Shown: positions 61,950 to 64,000 of the stretch, piece by piece
Position numbering within the stretch: position 1 is the first letter of the stretch
Layout of the letters: each line of letters opens with the position of its first letter
Source of the DNA: Spongospora subterranea f. sp. subterranea
Lineage: Eukaryota
Length of the DNA stretch: 64,000 bases
NCBI GenBank assembly: GCA_049724395.1
Contig: JAUGWO010000009.1
Location: forward strand, 62,001 to 126,000
Reading direction: 5' to 3'
Notes under the pieces: generated by a model
The model's database searches: none
Seen by the model: the letters and a program-made list of their open reading frames with translations, nothing else
Told to the model about the DNA's origin: nothing
Made by a program: the position numbers and the translations under genes

Positions 61950-62790
61950 ACCGCTTCCTTTATCTACAGCATGCGATCGTCGCGAGCGTTGGCAATTACA
62001 GCTACAATCGTTCGATTTTCATATCGGACACATTCCGGGCGATGACAATGTCTGGGCAGACATCATGACAAGTTGGGGCGTTTTTCCAGTTGAAGGCGTT
62101 TCCGCCACCATCAATTCTGTAAAGAAACTTTCATCCATCCCATTCGAATCGTACAAGTTCGGTGACGATTTCGCCTGGCCGAATGAACATACTATTTCCT
62201 CCGCTCAACTTAGTATTTCTTTGATAACAAATTCGATACTTCAGCAGGATTTATCAACATCCTCGATCAAGAACTCATCTCAGATTTGGGCGCCCGACAA
62301 CGACATAGTCATTCGTATTCTGACCATCGCTTCACCTGGGGCTTTCAGACCATCTTGTTGTCGATTCAATGATCGCCTTGATTACACCGTTATTCTGGTG
62401 GCCAGGAGGTAAATACTCGTAGTTGTTTTTGTCTGACAATGCCTTGATTGCCTAAGGACAAAGGACATTAAAGTCAAAGGATACAGTCATGCCCAGGTAT
62501 TCACGATATCAAACCTAATATGGTCATTCATTATGATTTCCTATTCATTTCCAAGACTAAAGGGGAATGCGCTGACACGCTCCATTACATTCTTGTGCTG
62601 AAAGAGGATTTTAGCAAATTTGCCGAATTAGTGAATTGCGAGTCAGCCGACCATTTCGCCGTTGCCCACGCTTTCATTGATTGGTTTAAAAGGTTCGGCA
62701 TTGTTTATCAACATGTTTCTGATCAAGGAACACACTTCAAAAACAGAATCATTGACGAACTTCTATCTCGCTTGCATGTGGCGCACCGAT
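61950..62790 (+). mobile_element. Decayed Ty3/Gypsy pol fragment (end of RNase H plus integrase), copy A
   Basis: RWQLQLQSFDFHIGHIPGDDNVWADI, IHYDF, YILVLKEDFS and DWFKRFG..VSDQGTHFKN; frameshifted and truncated. Confidence 0.88.
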
Positions 62791-62899
62791 ACAAGAGCTT
62801 TGAGTAGAACCAGAATGGAGTGGTTGAGCCGATCACGAAGGACTAGACTGGGGAACGGAGGAGACGGGAGTGGCGACGACGAAACGGGTAAACGACCTT

Positions 62900-63810
62900 G
62901 TTTGTGCCATTAGCCCAAGGTGTGTAAGCTGTTGTAAAGTGGTGCGCCACGTGCAAGCGAGACAATTGTTCCTCGATTACTTTGTTTTTTACATGGGTAC
63001 CTTGGTCCGACACTTGTTGAAATACAACGCCAAACCTCTTAAACCAATCGATAAGATCAACAGCAACGGCGACGTGATCTGCTGCCTCGCAAGGTATCAG
63101 TTTAACGAATCCAAATCCACCAAACTCGTCTTTGAGAACTAAGACGTACTGAAACTCGTGACAGCATCCGGATTTCGTTTTAGCAATGAATAGGAAATCG
63201 TAATGCATCACGTTATTCGGTTTAGACGCATGAATTGCGTGTCCGAACGGGCGCGGAATGACCTTATCTTTTGTTCGAAGACAATGCAGGCATTGTGATA
63301 CAACAACAACTATATCAGCTTTCATATCTCCTGGCCACCAGAATAACGGTGTAATCAAGGCGATTATTGAATCGACAAAAAGATGGCCTGAAAGTCCCAG
63401 GTGGGCAATGGTCAGAATACGAATGACTATGTCGTGGTCGGGCACCCAAATCTGATTTGCTGCCGACATCCATAGGGTTCGGCTAGTTGTGAGAATGAGT
63501 TCATGATCGAGGATGTTGATGAATCCTGCTGAAGTATCAATTTTATAATCAGAGAGGTACTTGAGTTGAGCTGCGGAAATAGTATCTTCATTCGGCCAGA
63601 CGACATCGTCAGCGAACTTGTACGATTCGAATGGGATGGATGAAAGTTTCTTTACAAAATTGATTGATGGTGGCGGAAACGCCTTCAACTGGAAAGACGC
63701 CCCAACGTGTGATGATGTCTGCCCAGCCATTTTCATCACCCTAGATGTGTTCGATATGAAAATCGAACGATTGTAGCTGTAATTGCCAACGCTCGAGACG
63801 ATCACCTGCT
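62900..63810 (-). mobile_element. Decayed Ty3/Gypsy pol fragment, copy B, inverted relative to copy A
   Basis: IAH..SGH..FWW..CLHC (HHCC), HYDF, VSDQGTH and HHFTTAYTPWANGT. The RNase H portion is out of frame with the integrase ORF. Confidence 0.9.
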
Positions 63811-64000
63811 GTGCGACTCGTTGGTGGAGATCTTGATTGCCGGTCAAAATTATAAACCAGGTTTCTGTGATCTGTAAACAGTCGGAACGTGTCGCCAAGA
63901 AGAAATGATTTGAATCTATGGATCCCTTCGATGATTGGGTAACCTTCATTTTCTATAATAGCCCCAGTTTGCTTGACTGCCCTTGAAAGAACCGCTAAGA

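Noticed and set aside
62843..63949. Intact 368-aa integrase gene
   Set aside because: The N-terminal part reads RNase H out of frame, the core is truncated before the final catalytic Glu, and no RT or LTRs are visible.

Overview
Eukaryotic nuclear DNA from a very compact, gene-dense genome: short GT-AG introns (mostly ~50-75 nt), intergenic gaps of ~100-500 bp and mid-40s %GC by eye. This would fit a protist such as a phytomyxid/plasmodiophorid, but that is inference only. About 30 protein-coding genes are visible. Recognisable ones are PME-1 (3' end), an HSF, PCH2/TRIP13, a Hook-like adaptor, a tandem dual-specificity phosphatase, ZCCHC10-like, RBM26/27-like, cyclin B, CutC, an Atg22/UMF1 MFS transporter, an ankyrin protein, a C2H2 zinc-finger protein, COQ4, a UBL membrane protein, glutamate carboxypeptidase II, VPS45, NDUFS1, a membrane alpha-carbonic anhydrase, a PKA catalytic subunit, hemC and a SUZ-domain protein. 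Decayed transposon patches lie at ~6.5-8.5 kb (PIF/Harbinger), ~12.9-16.3 kb (MULE carrying a 20x27-bp minisatellite, plus a chromodomain Ty3/Gypsy fragment) and ~61.3-64 kb (two Gypsy pol fragments in inverted orientation). No CRISPR array, tRNA or rRNA was seen. I could not establish a new multi-gene system. The best leads are a GC-rich two-gene island with an MFS carrying a large inserted domain, an alpha-CA with a His-to-Asp zinc-ligand swap and an apparent frameshift, an active/pseudo tandem phosphatase, a palindrome at the CutC start, HSEs upstream of the HSF gene, and a probable micro-exon gene. All family calls come from recalled motifs, not database searches, and exon boundaries are hand-read.
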